Positions 42,986 through 53,476 are shown, counted from the stretch's first letter. The stretch: 64,000 nt of DNA from Candidatus Gastranaerophilales bacterium (GCA_944323875.1 CALUUH010000008.1:1542-65541); one strand, 5' to 3'. Numbers and translations: made by a program. Notes: generated by a model from the sequence alone, not told the origin.

Positions 42986-43909
42986 ATGGATTATCAGAAT
43001 AAAATAGCGATTACAACGGGCGATCCTGACGGTATCGGCGCTGAAATAACAATTAAGGCTCTAAACAGGCTTAATTTACCGTCTGAAAGCGTTGTAATTA
43101 TTTCTAACAGCAAAATTCTTGACTACTACGGCAAGTTAAACAATTCGTACGAAGTATTGGAAATTCCCTATAATGCAGAAGTAAGTCCGGGGCAAATAAC
43201 AGCCGAATGCGGCGAATTTTCTTTTTTGTCACTAAAAAAGGCGTGTGAAATAAAGCCTAAAGCGATTGTGACAGCTCCGGTTGCCAAAAGTGCACTGCAT
43301 AAAGCCGAACATATCTTCAACGGTCAAACAGAAGTGCTTCAACATTTTCTTGCACATGACAGGCAGAAGGCCGAAATGCTTTTTGTTGCAAACGATTTTA
43401 GAGTCCTGCTTTTGACACGTCATTGCGCTCTAAAAGACATTCACCTTACGGAAAATGTTGTTATAGAAAAGATAATGAACCTAAAACAATTCTTTAATAA
43501 TCAATTGAATATGCAGGCTCCTAAATTTGCTTTATGCGGATTTAATCCTCATGCCGGTGAGGACGGGATATTAGGACGGGAGGAAATTGATGTTCTTATT
43601 CCTGCTGTCCAAAAGCTGCAAAAAGCAGGAATTGATATCACAATGCCGCTGCCGGCCGATACGTTATTTGTAAAAGCCGGACAGGCTTATCGGGATAACA
43701 AAAAAATGCCTTATGACTGCTATATAGCTAACTACCATGATCAAGGGCTAATCCCGATAAAAACCGTTGCCGGCAGTGCAACTGTAAATATGACAATAGG
43801 ACTGGATATTATCAGAACATCCCCTGGGCATGGCACAGCCTTTGATATTGCAGGAAAAAATATTGCAGACGAAACTGGCATGATCGCGGCAATTAAGGCT
43901 GTTTTGTAA
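42986..43909 (+). CDS. pdxA: PdxA-family 4-hydroxythreonine-4-phosphate dehydrogenase-like enzyme
   Basis: IAITTGDPDGIGAEI, GFNPHAGEDG, YHDQGLIP, TSPGHGTAFDIAG. Confidence 0.85.
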   Translation: MDYQNKIAITTGDPDGIGAEITIKALNRLNLPSESVVIISNSKILDYYGKLNNSYEVLEIPYNAEVSPGQITAECGEFSFLSLKKACEIKPKAIVTAPVAKSALHKAEHIFNGQTEVLQHFLAHDRQKAEMLFVANDFRVLLLTRHCALKDIHLTENVVIEKIMNLKQFFNNQLNMQAPKFALCGFNPHAGEDGILGREEIDVLIPAVQKLQKAGIDITMPLPADTLFVKAGQAYRDNKKMPYDCYIANYHDQGLIPIKTVAGSATVNMTIGLDIIRTSPGHGTAFDIAGKNIADETGMIAAIKAVL

Positions 43910-43971
43910 GTTTTTAATATTTTTACCATTAAGTAATACAAATTTTAAAAACAGGAAATATTTTAAATCAG

Positions 43972-44009
43972 AATTGACACTATATAAGTTATTATATATA
44001 GTGTCAATT
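43972..44009. promoter_or_regulatory. 15-bp perfect inverted repeat enclosing a promoter upstream of the small LuxR-like genes
   Basis: AATTGACACTATATA-agttatta-TATATAGTGTCAATT. Contains TTGACA (43974-43979), 17 nt, TATAGT (43997-44002). Confidence 0.55.
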
Positions 44010-44040
44010 ATATTTAATGAAAGGAGTATAGATATACGAT

Positions 44041-44283
44041 ATGAAAGACAGGATTGAACTCTATAACAACAGGATTTTTTACCTCTTGCTTTCCGGATTA
44101 ACATACACAGAAATTGCCGAAAAATATTATCAAAGGAATAAATATAAATTTATCTATCAGGTTCAAAAGCTTTTTAAAGCACTGAATATACGAAACAGAA
44201 GGCAACTGGCATATTATGCTGTAGAAAATAATTTAGTAGACCTGAACAGAGTCGAGGCATACAATGGATTTACTAACCTATGA
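44041..44283 (+). CDS. Stand-alone LuxR/GerE-type HTH protein
   Basis: 80 aa. LLLSGLTYTEIAEKYYQRNKYKFIYQVQKLFKALNIRNRRQLAYYA. Confidence 0.6.
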   Translation: MKDRIELYNNRIFYLLLSGLTYTEIAEKYYQRNKYKFIYQVQKLFKALNIRNRRQLAYYAVENNLVDLNRVEAYNGFTNL

Positions 44284-44458
44284 AGAAAAAGTAGTCATGG
44301 AAATGCTTATCCAAGGGTACAATGCTCAAGAAGTAATCTCATGGCTTGCGATAGATTATCAGGAATATAAAAAAATAAAACTTCGGCTCATGCATAAATT
44401 GCAGGTAAAAAGAATTATACAGCTACTTCCGTTTGCTATAAAGTTATATAAGAATTAA
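44264..44458 (+). CDS. Stand-alone LuxR/GerE-type HTH protein (second copy)
   Basis: 64 aa. LTYEEKVVMEMLIQGYNAQEVISWLAIDYQEYKKIKLRLMHKLQVKR. 20-nt overlap with the previous ORF. Confidence 0.5.
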   Translation: MDLLTYEEKVVMEMLIQGYNAQEVISWLAIDYQEYKKIKLRLMHKLQVKRIIQLLPFAIKLYKN

Positions 44459-44460
44459 AT

Positions 44461-44494
44461 AGAGGCGCCGCTTTTTCAAAAAGCGGCGCCTCTC
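44461..44494. terminator. Bidirectional terminator
   Basis: AGAGGCGCCGCTTTTT-ca-AAAAAGCGGCGCCTCT. Confidence 0.85.
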
Positions 44495-44507
44495 ATAGAA
44501 TAGCCCT

Positions 44508-45488
44508 TTAAATAGCTGCTTTTTGTTCTTTTTTATCGTTCCAGAAGTCAACAAGCATACTACAGAAGAATATACTTGAATAAGTACCGACAGCAATACC
44601 GAGTATCATAGCCAGCACAAAATCTTTTGTAGTAACACCGCCAAAGAAGTATAACGCAAGCAATGTTATTAATGTTGTCAAAGATGTATTAATACTTCTT
44701 GCCAGTGTCTGGTTAACAGAAGCATCCACTATCTCGCCGAAAGTCATTTTCTTTGCGTAATACCTCAGATTTTCTCTGATACGGTCAAATACTACTATTG
44801 TATCGTGGACAGAGAATCCTACTACGGTCAATAATGCAGTGATAAACAATCCGTCAATCTGTACGTTAAATACCAATCCGAGTATTGAAAACACACCGCA
44901 TACAAAAAGGACGTCATGTACAATACCCAGAATAGCTGCAAGTGCATAGTCAAATCTAAAGCGGAATGACAGGTATGCAATAATTCCTAATACAGCCAGC
45001 GACAATGCTAACAAAGAATTTTTAAATAATTCTTTACCCATCGTCGGACCGACTGAATTAACTGAAATCAATTCCGGATTACTATATTCCTGCTGCATTA
45101 CAGACATAATCTGCTGCGGTACTGTTGAATCCTTATCTATGAATTTTGTTCTGATTGAAATAATAGAGTTAATATTTGATTTTGTCTGCTCTTGCTGGGT
45201 GTTGTTTACGTTAAGAACCTGAATATAAGGATTTTCAATCCCTATTTTTTCAAGAGCTTCACGGTTTTTAGCTACATCTTGATTCGTAACTTTTTCTACC
45301 AGACCGTATTGCAGGATTGTACCGCCTGTGTAGTCAATGCCGACTTTCATCGGTGCATGGTTTGGATAGATTGTTGAAGAATATATCATTGCGATAATAC
45401 CCGGAATGAGTAATAACGCAGTTAAGCCCATCCATAACCATCTGAATTTTACAATATGTACTAAATGTTTTCTACCTGTATTTATCAT
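44508..45488 (-). CDS. secF: Protein translocase subunit SecF
   Basis: GIDYTGGT, HDVLFVCG, FSVHDTIVVFDRIRE, SINTSLTT. Confidence 0.93.
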   Translation of the reverse strand: MINTGRKHLVHIVKFRWLWMGLTALLLIPGIIAMIYSSTIYPNHAPMKVGIDYTGGTILQYGLVEKVTNQDVAKNREALEKIGIENPYIQVLNVNNTQQEQTKSNINSIISIRTKFIDKDSTVPQQIMSVMQQEYSNPELISVNSVGPTMGKELFKNSLLALSLAVLGIIAYLSFRFRFDYALAAILGIVHDVLFVCGVFSILGLVFNVQIDGLFITALLTVVGFSVHDTIVVFDRIRENLRYYAKKMTFGEIVDASVNQTLARSINTSLTTLITLLALYFFGGVTTKDFVLAMILGIAVGTYSSIFFCSMLVDFWNDKKEQKAAI

Positions 45489-45507
45489 TTTAATTAATAC
45501 CTCATTT

Positions 45508-46815
45508 CTAGTCTAAGATACCAAAGCGAGCTTTTTCGCGTTTAGTTTCCACTGCGTCATAACCTTTTCCTATTTCATCCTGTCTGAGTCCGAATGTACC
45601 CGGATGTTTGAGTTCTCCTGTACCAAAGATAAGGTGCATAAAGTTTTTGGTAACTGTAATTGCTGAGAACATTGATACGATAACACCGAGTGCAAGAGTT
45701 AATGCAAATCCCTTAACAACACTTGTACCGAGCATATAAAGGATTATACAGGTTATGATTGTTGTCATGTTTGAATCGAAAATACTTGTAAATGCTCTGT
45801 CAAAACCTGAGTTAATTGCTGTAAAGAGGTTGCGTCCTTCTCTTAATTCCTCTTTTGTTCTCTCAAAAATAAGGATGTTGGCATCAACAGCCATACCGAT
45901 TGATAGGATAAAACCGGCTATACCTGCAAGAGTAAGCGTTACAGGAATTGTTTTGAACAAAGCAAACAGTATAACACTGTATATAATAAGTGCAATGTCA
46001 GCAATTAAACCCGGAACTCGATAATAAGCAAGCATAAACAACATAACAGCTGTCAAACCTATGATACCGGCTACTTTAGATTTAGCTACACTGTCAGCAC
46101 CCAGAGTCGGACCAACTGTATTTTCTTCAACGATTTTGGCCGGAACAGGCAGAGCACCTGCGTTTAACAGGTTAACCATTCTGTTTGCTTCTTCATAAGA
46201 AAAACCTGTGCCGCCGCTTGTTATTTGAGCATTACCGCCATAGATAGGTTCATTTACTCTCGGATCGGAAATCAATTCTCCGTCAAAGAATATTGCCATT
46301 GTCTGGCCGACAAGTTCTTCTGTCAGGTCACCGAATTTTTTTGCACCGGCAGAGTTAAATTCCAATGATACAACCCATTGGCCTGATGCATCGGTTGTAA
46401 GTGTTGATTTTGATAAATCCTGACCTGTCAAGCCGGTAGATACCCATTCTTCAACACCGTTAGCATTTTTAGCTTTTTTCTTAAATTCCAACTGCGCAGT
46501 TTCACCGATAAATGATTTTGCTTCGGTTAAATCTGTTACATCCGGTATTTCAACAAGTAATCTTTTGTCACCGACCTGTTGAACAACTGTTTCTGCAACA
46601 CCGAGTTTGTTAACACGGCTTTCTATTGCGTATTGCAGACGCTGCATTACTTCCGGTGTAATTTTTGCAACACTGGCGGTTGTTTCCGCTTCCAGTACCA
46701 ATCTTGAACCGCCTACAAGATCCAGTCCTAATTTTACGGGTTTCTTCCAAATTGCCACTCCTGAAAGAAGGACAATTAACACGATAACCCAGAACATAAT
46801 AATTTTGTTTTTCAC
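45508..46815 (-). CDS. secD: Protein translocase subunit SecD
   Basis: LGLDLVGGSRLVLEA, GPTLGADS, GMAVDANILIFER. Confidence 0.93.
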   Translation of the reverse strand: MKNKIIMFWVIVLIVLLSGVAIWKKPVKLGLDLVGGSRLVLEAETTASVAKITPEVMQRLQYAIESRVNKLGVAETVVQQVGDKRLLVEIPDVTDLTEAKSFIGETAQLEFKKKAKNANGVEEWVSTGLTGQDLSKSTLTTDASGQWVVSLEFNSAGAKKFGDLTEELVGQTMAIFFDGELISDPRVNEPIYGGNAQITSGGTGFSYEEANRMVNLLNAGALPVPAKIVEENTVGPTLGADSVAKSKVAGIIGLTAVMLFMLAYYRVPGLIADIALIIYSVILFALFKTIPVTLTLAGIAGFILSIGMAVDANILIFERTKEELREGRNLFTAINSGFDRAFTSIFDSNMTTIITCIILYMLGTSVVKGFALTLALGVIVSMFSAITVTKNFMHLIFGTGELKHPGTFGLRQDEIGKGYDAVETKREKARFGILD

Positions 46816-46887
46816 TTTTGTATTCCTTTTTTATACTGATTAATCTTATTTTAATTAAAAATTAAAATGTTTTATAGCCGTTATGGG

Positions 46888-47781
46888 CTAATCTTCATAA
46901 AATGTATCCAATACGGTAAAGAATTCTGATTTTTGTTCGTCATTAAGCTCAACAAGCGGGTGTCTGACAAATTCTTCACATAAACCTTTATGCGCAAGAG
47001 CAGCCTTTAATGGCACAGGATTTGGCGCCATAAACATTTTTTTCATAATCGGATAAAGCTTTTTATGCATGTTCATCGCCGCAATAAACTGGCCGTTTTT
47101 GTAATTTCTTATCATTGATTTCAATTCTTTACCGAACAGATGAGATGTAACGGAAATAACACCGCGCGCTCCTAAAGAAAGCATAGGCAGTGTTAAACTG
47201 TCATCACCTGAATATACGCTAAAATCTTCCGGCGCTTCAAGTTTTATTTCTGTTACTGCATCCATATCAGAAAAACTTTGTTTAACCGCAACGATATTCT
47301 GATACTTTTGAGCAAGTTGAGCTATGGTTTTCGGCAGCATCTGCACTCCTGTGCGTGACGGAATGTTATACAGAATAATAGGTAAATTTGTACTTTCCGC
47401 AACTGCTGAAAAATGAGCAATAATACCTTCCTGAGAAGGTTTGTTGTAATAAGGGACAACAGATAAAAGTGCGTCTACGTCTTCTTTTTCTGCAAGTTTT
47501 GCTGTTCTGCAAGCCGTAGCAGTACAGTTAGAGCCCGCATTCATAATCACTTTTGCCTTACCCGCAACAGCACGTCTGACAGAACTCAGCAATTCCAATT
47601 CTTCTTCGTGAGTAAGTGTAGGTCCTTCACCGGTCGTGCCGGCAACAAGAATAGCATCACTGCCGTTTTCCGCAAGATATCCTGCAAGCTGTTCCGCTCT
47701 GTTGTAGTCAATCTCTCTTTTTGCATCCATTGGCGTAGCCATAGCGGTGATTACTTCTCCGGCATCATATCTTAAAGCCAT
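46888..47781 (-). CDS. dapA: 4-hydroxy-tetrahydrodipicolinate synthase
   Basis: Start at the ATG at 47781 (RBS GAGG). VAGTTGEGPTLT, YNIPSRTG, VAVKQS (Schiff-base Lys context). Confidence 0.92.
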   Translation of the reverse strand: MALRYDAGEVITAMATPMDAKREIDYNRAEQLAGYLAENGSDAILVAGTTGEGPTLTHEEELELLSSVRRAVAGKAKVIMNAGSNCTATACRTAKLAEKEDVDALLSVVPYYNKPSQEGIIAHFSAVAESTNLPIILYNIPSRTGVQMLPKTIAQLAQKYQNIVAVKQSFSDMDAVTEIKLEAPEDFSVYSGDDSLTLPMLSLGARGVISVTSHLFGKELKSMIRNYKNGQFIAAMNMHKKLYPIMKKMFMAPNPVPLKAALAHKGLCEEFVRHPLVELNDEQKSEFFTVLDTFYED

Positions 47782-47899
47782 AAAATACCTCTTTTCTTTT
47801 ATATATCCCTTTTCATAACGATTATACCCCAAATATAAAAATAATAAAAATATTTTACAAGTTGTAAAACAATTGCAGGCTGTATAACTGATATAAAAT

Positions 47900-47927
47900 A
47901 AAAGTCCTCTTTTTGTTGAGGACTTTT
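47900..47927 (-). terminator. infB terminator
   Basis: Minus strand: AAAAGTCCTC-loop-GAGGACTTTT followed by ATTTT. Confidence 0.7.
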
Positions 47928-47941
47928 ACTGTTAGAAATTA

Positions 47942-50455
47942 TTACAAGCTTTTGCGCTCAACTTCTTCTGTCGTTGAAACTTCAATAATATCGCCGACTT
48001 CTATGTCATTGAATTTAGCAAAAGATATACCGCATTCAAAACCTTGTGCAACTTCTTTTACATCATCCTTAAAGCGTTTAAGCTGATCAATTGCGCCTTT
48101 GAAGATTTGTTTTCCGTCACGGTAAACAATAGCGTCTTTGCTTCTGACGATTTTGCCTTCAGTTACATAACAGCCGGCAATTCTTGTTGTCTTACCGATT
48201 GTGAATACCTGACGAACTTCCGCTTTACCCAGTTCAACTTCTTTGAGTTCCGGTTCAAGTAAAGAAAGCATTGTTTTTTCAATATCTTCAAGAATTTGAT
48301 AGATGATGTCGTATTTCTTGATTGTAACACCTTCTTTTTCAGCGGCAGCCGCTGCATTGGCATCTTCTTTAACAGTAAATCCGAGAATTAGCGCGCCGGA
48401 GGCAGATGCAAGCATAACATCCGCTTCTGAAATATCTCCAACACCAACATGGATTATTTTTGTTTTAATTAGATTACTGTCAAGCTGTGCTATAGCCTGA
48501 GAAACAGCTTCGGCCGACCCGTGAGTATTAGCTTTTATGATTAAATTCAGTTCCGGAATATCATCTTCGCCGGCAACAGCTTCTCTTCTGATATGTGCCG
48601 GAAGCATAGCTTCAAGACGCTTGTTACGTTCTTTTTCTTTGCGTTTTTCAACTATTGCCTTCATTTCTTTTTCATTTTGAACAACTTCAAAGTAATCACC
48701 GGCCTGCGGAACTTCGGTCAAACCTAATATCTCAACAGGTGTAGAAGGTTCTGCTTTTTGAATTCTTTCGCCGCTATCAGAAAGTAATGCTCTTACGCGG
48801 CCGCAAGCAGTACCTACAACAATACAGTTACCTACACGCAAAGTACCGTTTTGAACAAGAAGTGTTGCAACAGGACCTTTTCCTTTGTCAAGATTTGCTT
48901 CTATAACAACACCTGATGCTTCAGCTTTCGGATTAGCTTTTAAATCCTCAACATCCGCAACAAGCAGAATATATTCAAGCAATTCATCAATACCTGTTCC
49001 GTTAAGTGCAGAAACTTTAACCGTGATAGTATCACCGCCCCAGGCTTCCGGAACAAGTCCGTGCTCTGTTAATTGCTGCAATACCCTGTCAGGATTAGCG
49101 TCAGGCTTATCAATTTTGTTTACGGCAACAATAATCGGAACATTAGCGGCTTTGGCATGGTTTATAGCTTCGATTGTCTGCGGCATTATACCGTCATCAG
49201 CCGCAACAACAAGAATTGCAATATCAGTTGCCTTGGCACCGCGGGCACGCATTTCCGTAAAAGCTTCGTGACCGGGGGTGTCGACAAATACTATTTTTTT
49301 ATTCTCTTTGTCATCAAGATAAACTGTATAAGCACCGATAGACTGCGTAATTCCGCCGACTTCGGTTGCAACAATTTTATGTTTTGAAGCTCTGATACTG
49401 TCGAGTAATGTTGTTTTACCGTGGTCAACGTGTCCCATAATACTTACAACAGGAGCACGCTTTTTCAGTAGTTTTTTATCAACATCCGTTAAAGCTTTTG
49501 TTTTCTTTTCTTTTTCAAGCTCTTCTTCAATGTATGCATCTAAATCTTCATCCAGAACTTCTAACCCGTATTCTGCACAGATTTTTTTGATAACATCAAC
49601 ATCAATAAGCTGGTTAACAGTTGCCATTATACCCTGAAACATTAAATATTTAACAATTTCGGCAGGTGTTTTTTTGATTTTTTCAGACAATTCTGATATC
49701 GTCATAGCCTGATTAACAACAATCTGTGTAACCTGTTCTACTTCTTCTTCCTTGTGAACTTTCTTCTTATGTTTCTGAGCGGCTGCTTTCTCTAAAGAAA
49801 TTCTTTCCTGCTCTTCTTTTTTAGAAAACTCTTTGTCCTTACGCTTGCCGTCATTACGTTTTTTGTTACCGCCTTTATTTTCATAAATTTCCTGAGAAAT
49901 TATATGGCGTTGTATCGGACGTTTTTCGCCTGATTGTGCAGCAGGTTTTTCAAACGGTTTTCTGGGAGGCCGCCCCGCTTTTTCTTCACCGTTTTTAGCA
50001 AATCTCTGCGCTTTATCCGGTCGTTCGGAACGTTTAACGCCATCCTTTGCTGGAACTCTTTTTTCTCCTGTCGGTTTAACGGCTGCCGGATCTTTTCTTG
50101 GAGCGCGTCTGACTATTTCCAAACGGTTTTGCGGTTTTACAACTTCTATTTTAGGACGTTTAATTTCTTCTTTAACTTCCTCTTTAACCTCCGGCTGCGG
50201 CTCCGGCTTAGGTTCTTCTTTCGGAACTATAACTTCAGGAGGTTTTGCCTTTTTAACGACAAAAGCTTTAGGCTTTTTATTAACTGTTCCGCCTGAAGCT
50301 ACAAAGTCTTTAAGACGTTTTATCTGATCTACAGTTACAGAACTTGCGTGAGTCCTTACTGTTATATTTATCTGGGCAAATTTCTCTATGACTTCCTTGC
50401 TGGTAAGCCCCATTTCTTTTGCTAATTCACTTATTCGTACTGTATCAGAACTCAT
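47942..50455 (-). CDS. infB: Translation initiation factor IF-2
   Basis: [25 protein letters not shown]. Lys/Glu/Pro-rich N-terminal region. Confidence 0.97.
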   Translation of the reverse strand: MSSDTVRISELAKEMGLTSKEVIEKFAQINITVRTHASSVTVDQIKRLKDFVASGGTVNKKPKAFVVKKAKPPEVIVPKEEPKPEPQPEVKEEVKEEIKRPKIEVVKPQNRLEIVRRAPRKDPAAVKPTGEKRVPAKDGVKRSERPDKAQRFAKNGEEKAGRPPRKPFEKPAAQSGEKRPIQRHIISQEIYENKGGNKKRNDGKRKDKEFSKKEEQERISLEKAAAQKHKKKVHKEEEVEQVTQIVVNQAMTISELSEKIKKTPAEIVKYLMFQGIMATVNQLIDVDVIKKICAEYGLEVLDEDLDAYIEEELEKEKKTKALTDVDKKLLKKRAPVVSIMGHVDHGKTTLLDSIRASKHKIVATEVGGITQSIGAYTVYLDDKENKKIVFVDTPGHEAFTEMRARGAKATDIAILVVAADDGIMPQTIEAINHAKAANVPIIVAVNKIDKPDANPDRVLQQLTEHGLVPEAWGGDTITVKVSALNGTGIDELLEYILLVADVEDLKANPKAEASGVVIEANLDKGKGPVATLLVQNGTLRVGNCIVVGTACGRVRALLSDSGERIQKAEPSTPVEILGLTEVPQAGDYFEVVQNEKEMKAIVEKRKEKERNKRLEAMLPAHIRREAVAGEDDIPELNLIIKANTHGSAEAVSQAIAQLDSNLIKTKIIHVGVGDISEADVMLASASGALILGFTVKEDANAAAAAEKEGVTIKKYDIIYQILEDIEKTMLSLLEPELKEVELGKAEVRQVFTIGKTTRIAGCYVTEGKIVRSKDAIVYRDGKQIFKGAIDQLKRFKDDVKEVAQGFECGISFAKFNDIEVGDIIEVSTTEEVERKSL

Positions 50456-50687
50456 TTATTAATTTCCCTTTCAATTCATCCGGTATAGAGGTTTTCAGGA
50501 TTTTGGAAATTTTATTTTTCTTAAAAGCAGCCTCTATACAAGTTTTATTATAGCAGAGATATACCGATCTGCCAAATGTTTTTGTATCCGGGTTTACAAA
50601 AATGTCAGAATGTGCATCACGAGTGATTTTTATAAGATTAGTTCTATCTGTAATTTTTCCGCATCCTGCACATTTTCTGTTTACCAC
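50445..50687 (-). CDS. ylxR: YlxR/DUF448 RNA-binding protein
   Basis: GTG start. RKCAGCGKI...R...GRSVYLC pattern. 11-nt overlap with infB. Confidence 0.8.
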   Translation of the reverse strand: MVNRKCAGCGKITDRTNLIKITRDAHSDIFVNPDTKTFGRSVYLCYNKTCIEAAFKKNKISKILKTSIPDELKGKLINEF

Positions 50688-51769
50688 TAACTCACCTCTG
50701 CTAATTTTTCGAGTTTTAATTTTTGGTCGTGCTCTGTCAGAAGCTTAATTAACTCATCAAGGTCGCCGTCAATTACTGTCCAGACATTAAGGTTATGATT
50801 AATCCTGTGGTCAGTCAGACGTCCTTGAGGGAAATTATATGTTCTTATGCGTTCACTTCTGTCGCCTGATCCGACCTGAGAACGGCGTAAGTCTGTAATT
50901 TCCTGCATCTGTTTTTGCACTTCCATATCATAAAGCTTTGCTTTCAAAATTTGCAAAGCACGTTCTTTATTTTGAAGCTGTGAACGTTCTTCCGTACAGA
51001 AAATCATTATTCCTGTCGGCTTGTGAAATACACGTGCAGCGGTTTCTACTTTGTTAACGTTTTGACCGCCGGCACCGCCTGATCTTGCGGTTGTTATTTC
51101 AATATCGTTCATATTCAATTCAACTTCAACATCGTCAACTTCCGGCATAACCGCAACTGTTGCTGTTGAGGTGTGGACACGTCCCTGCGATTCTGTTGCA
51201 GGAACACGCTGAACCCTGTGAACACCGGATTCATATTTTAGTTTTGAGTAAATACTGTCACCTTTAATGGAGATGATTACTTCAGCAACACCGCCGGCTT
51301 CACAATCCGTCTTACTCAAAATCTGTGTCTGCCAGCCCTGTTTATCTGCATAGCGCATATACATACGCATCAGGTCGCCGGCAAATATATTGGCTTCGTC
51401 ACCGCCTGCGCCGCCTCTTATTTCAAGGATAATATCTTTATCATCCATAGGGTCGCGCGGTAACAAAAGTACCTTCATTTTTTCTTCGTACTCAGGGATT
51501 TTAGCTTCGTTAGCCTCCATTTCTGATTTCAAAAACGCACGCATCTCCGGATCCGTTTCAGCATGAATAAGTTCTTTGGCCTCGGCAATAGCGTCGGTTG
51601 CCTTTTTCCATTCATAATACAAATTCACGGTTTCTTCCATAGATTTGCGCTGTTTTGACAAATCCCTAAACTTATTATAATCCTGAATGATTGCAGGATC
51701 TGACAATTTTTCGCCAAGTTCTTTATATTTCTGTTCTATTTGTAAAATCTTATCTAACATATCTTTCAT
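50687..51769 (-). CDS. prfA: Peptide chain release factor 1
   Basis: [12 protein letters not shown] (PxT) and [11 protein letters not shown] (GGQ). Confidence 0.96.
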   Translation of the reverse strand: MKDMLDKILQIEQKYKELGEKLSDPAIIQDYNKFRDLSKQRKSMEETVNLYYEWKKATDAIAEAKELIHAETDPEMRAFLKSEMEANEAKIPEYEEKMKVLLLPRDPMDDKDIILEIRGGAGGDEANIFAGDLMRMYMRYADKQGWQTQILSKTDCEAGGVAEVIISIKGDSIYSKLKYESGVHRVQRVPATESQGRVHTSTATVAVMPEVDDVEVELNMNDIEITTARSGGAGGQNVNKVETAARVFHKPTGIMIFCTEERSQLQNKERALQILKAKLYDMEVQKQMQEITDLRRSQVGSGDRSERIRTYNFPQGRLTDHRINHNLNVWTVIDGDLDELIKLLTEHDQKLKLEKLAEVS

Positions 51770-51949
51770 AACACTTTGATTATAGCAGGAACATGATTTT
51801 TTTCAAATTAGTATCAGATCAGGTGATTTTTAAGTGTAAGATTAACATTTGTAAAGATTATCCTGTTGGCAATTGCATATTTCTTAAGTATCTGCTACAA
51901 GTGTAATAATTAAAAGAAAGGTGTGTACTTTAAGAGAAGGAGTGGGGAC

Positions 51950-53455
51950 ATGAAAATATCACCAATACAAAATTACAACTATTCAGTAAACAACTACCGA
52001 CAGGCGGATTTTAACCGGAATTTCCAACAGGTGAAGCCGTATTCATCAGATGTCTTTGTCTCCACAAGTGCGCAAAAGCAGAAAAATAATATAAATTTTA
52101 CGGGTAATATCCAGAACCTTTTATCAGTAATACCTAAAAAGATTTCGCTTGACGATAAAATCGCTGCGCTGTTTGATGAATTCAAAAGAGGCGATGTCAT
52201 TACTGTGGGTAAAAATTTTAAGGAAACTCAAAAAGCATTAAAAGCTTCTCTCGGGTCAGTAGATCACATTATAAAAAGAGTATTTTTTATTAAAGATAAT
52301 GATGTGGACGGAAATATTGCTTTTTTCAAAAATGCAACAGGAGAAAAGGAATTTTTAAACCTGAACAAATTCGACCTGTATTTAAGCAGTGAACAGGGAC
52401 AGGATGCCTTAAAACCTCAGACAAGCTTTTACGTCATGCCGGGCGATATTCTCTATGTCGGCAAAAAGGGTATAATGATAAAAGATGCAGCAAGTCCGGA
52501 TCTGGCATCTGAAAGACGCAAATTTTCAAATGTTTTCGATTTCACAGAGGACTCCAGGGAGGTTATCAAACGCCAGAATTCAAAACAGCTTGCGACGCTG
52601 GTAAGAGAGATTAAATCCCGCAAGCAGCCAATATCTTTTGCGGATGTCGGCGGGCAGGACAAAGTTATTGACGAACTTAAAAAGGGTATTTTGTATCCGA
52701 TAAAATATCCGGAAGCGTTTGAAAATGTATCAGTAAACCACGGCACAATTTTAACGGGCCCTCCGGGAACAGGTAAAACCTTAATTGCAGAAGCTCTTGC
52801 TAATGAATCCAGTGCATATTTCAAAAAGTTGAACGGCTCAGAACTGAAATCCAAATGGATTGGAGAGTCAGAAAGCAATCTGCGTGATTTGTTTGCGGAA
52901 GCGGTTGAAAAGCAGCCTAGTATAATTGTATTTGATGAATTTGATTCAGTTGCGAAAAAGCGTGACAAAATAGACCATTACAGTGCTGAATTCGTCAACC
53001 AGTTGTTATCAATAATGAGTGATATTGAGAAAAACAACGATGATGTTTATATTCTCGCAACCACCAATAAGATTGATATGCTGGACGAAGCTATCAGACG
53101 TTCAGGACGTTTTGGCAAGCATATTGAAGTAGGACCGCCGGATTTAAACGGTACAAAACAAATATTAGGTATTCATACCAGCCAAAAGCCGCTGGACAAA
53201 TCACTTGATGTAGAGCAATTGTCAGCTAAGCTCCACAAAATAAATGCAACCGGCGCCGATATAGCAAGGATTGTTGCAGATGCTCACGGTAATGCGTATC
53301 AAAGGCTCGGTATATTTGAGAAAATGGACAAGGGAACTTTTACCAAAGCTGATATAGACAAGCTTACAATCAAACCGGAAGATTTTAACAAGGCAATAGA
53401 CGACTTTATAGCAGAAGGAAAAGTTACGGAAAGAAAACGTATCGGATTTAATTAA
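51950..53455 (+). CDS. AAA+ ATPase (classical AAA clade, single ATPase module) with a ~230-aa N-terminal domain of unknown function
   Basis: GPPGTGKT (Walker A), IIVFDEFD (Walker B), ATTNKIDMLDEAIRRSGRFGKHIEV (SRH). The start at 51950 has GAAGGAG upstream. Confidence 0.85.
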   Translation: MKISPIQNYNYSVNNYRQADFNRNFQQVKPYSSDVFVSTSAQKQKNNINFTGNIQNLLSVIPKKISLDDKIAALFDEFKRGDVITVGKNFKETQKALKASLGSVDHIIKRVFFIKDNDVDGNIAFFKNATGEKEFLNLNKFDLYLSSEQGQDALKPQTSFYVMPGDILYVGKKGIMIKDAASPDLASERRKFSNVFDFTEDSREVIKRQNSKQLATLVREIKSRKQPISFADVGGQDKVIDELKKGILYPIKYPEAFENVSVNHGTILTGPPGTGKTLIAEALANESSAYFKKLNGSELKSKWIGESESNLRDLFAEAVEKQPSIIVFDEFDSVAKKRDKIDHYSAEFVNQLLSIMSDIEKNNDDVYILATTNKIDMLDEAIRRSGRFGKHIEVGPPDLNGTKQILGIHTSQKPLDKSLDVEQLSAKLHKINATGADIARIVADAHGNAYQRLGIFEKMDKGTFTKADIDKLTIKPEDFNKAIDDFIAEGKVTERKRIGFN

Positions 53456-53476
53456 ATTCAAAAATTTCAAAAAAGA

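Noticed and set aside
47782-47941. A lysine riboswitch upstream of dapA.
   Set aside because: The gap is only ~160 nt, and most of it is the infB terminator. No L-box-like conserved strands are visible.
48044-50296. Several + strand ORFs (60-128 aa) within infB.
   Set aside because: They are antisense to IF-2, which has unambiguous G-domain motifs.
51880-51910. A second HigA operator, based on TATCTGCTACA shared with 11940-11950.
   Set aside because: Only one half-site is present here, with no partner TGTAGCA. It is likely a chance 11-mer in AT-rich DNA.
52453-52968. 171-aa minus-strand ORF inside the AAA+ ATPase gene.
   Set aside because: It is antisense to the Walker A/B and SRH-bearing frame.
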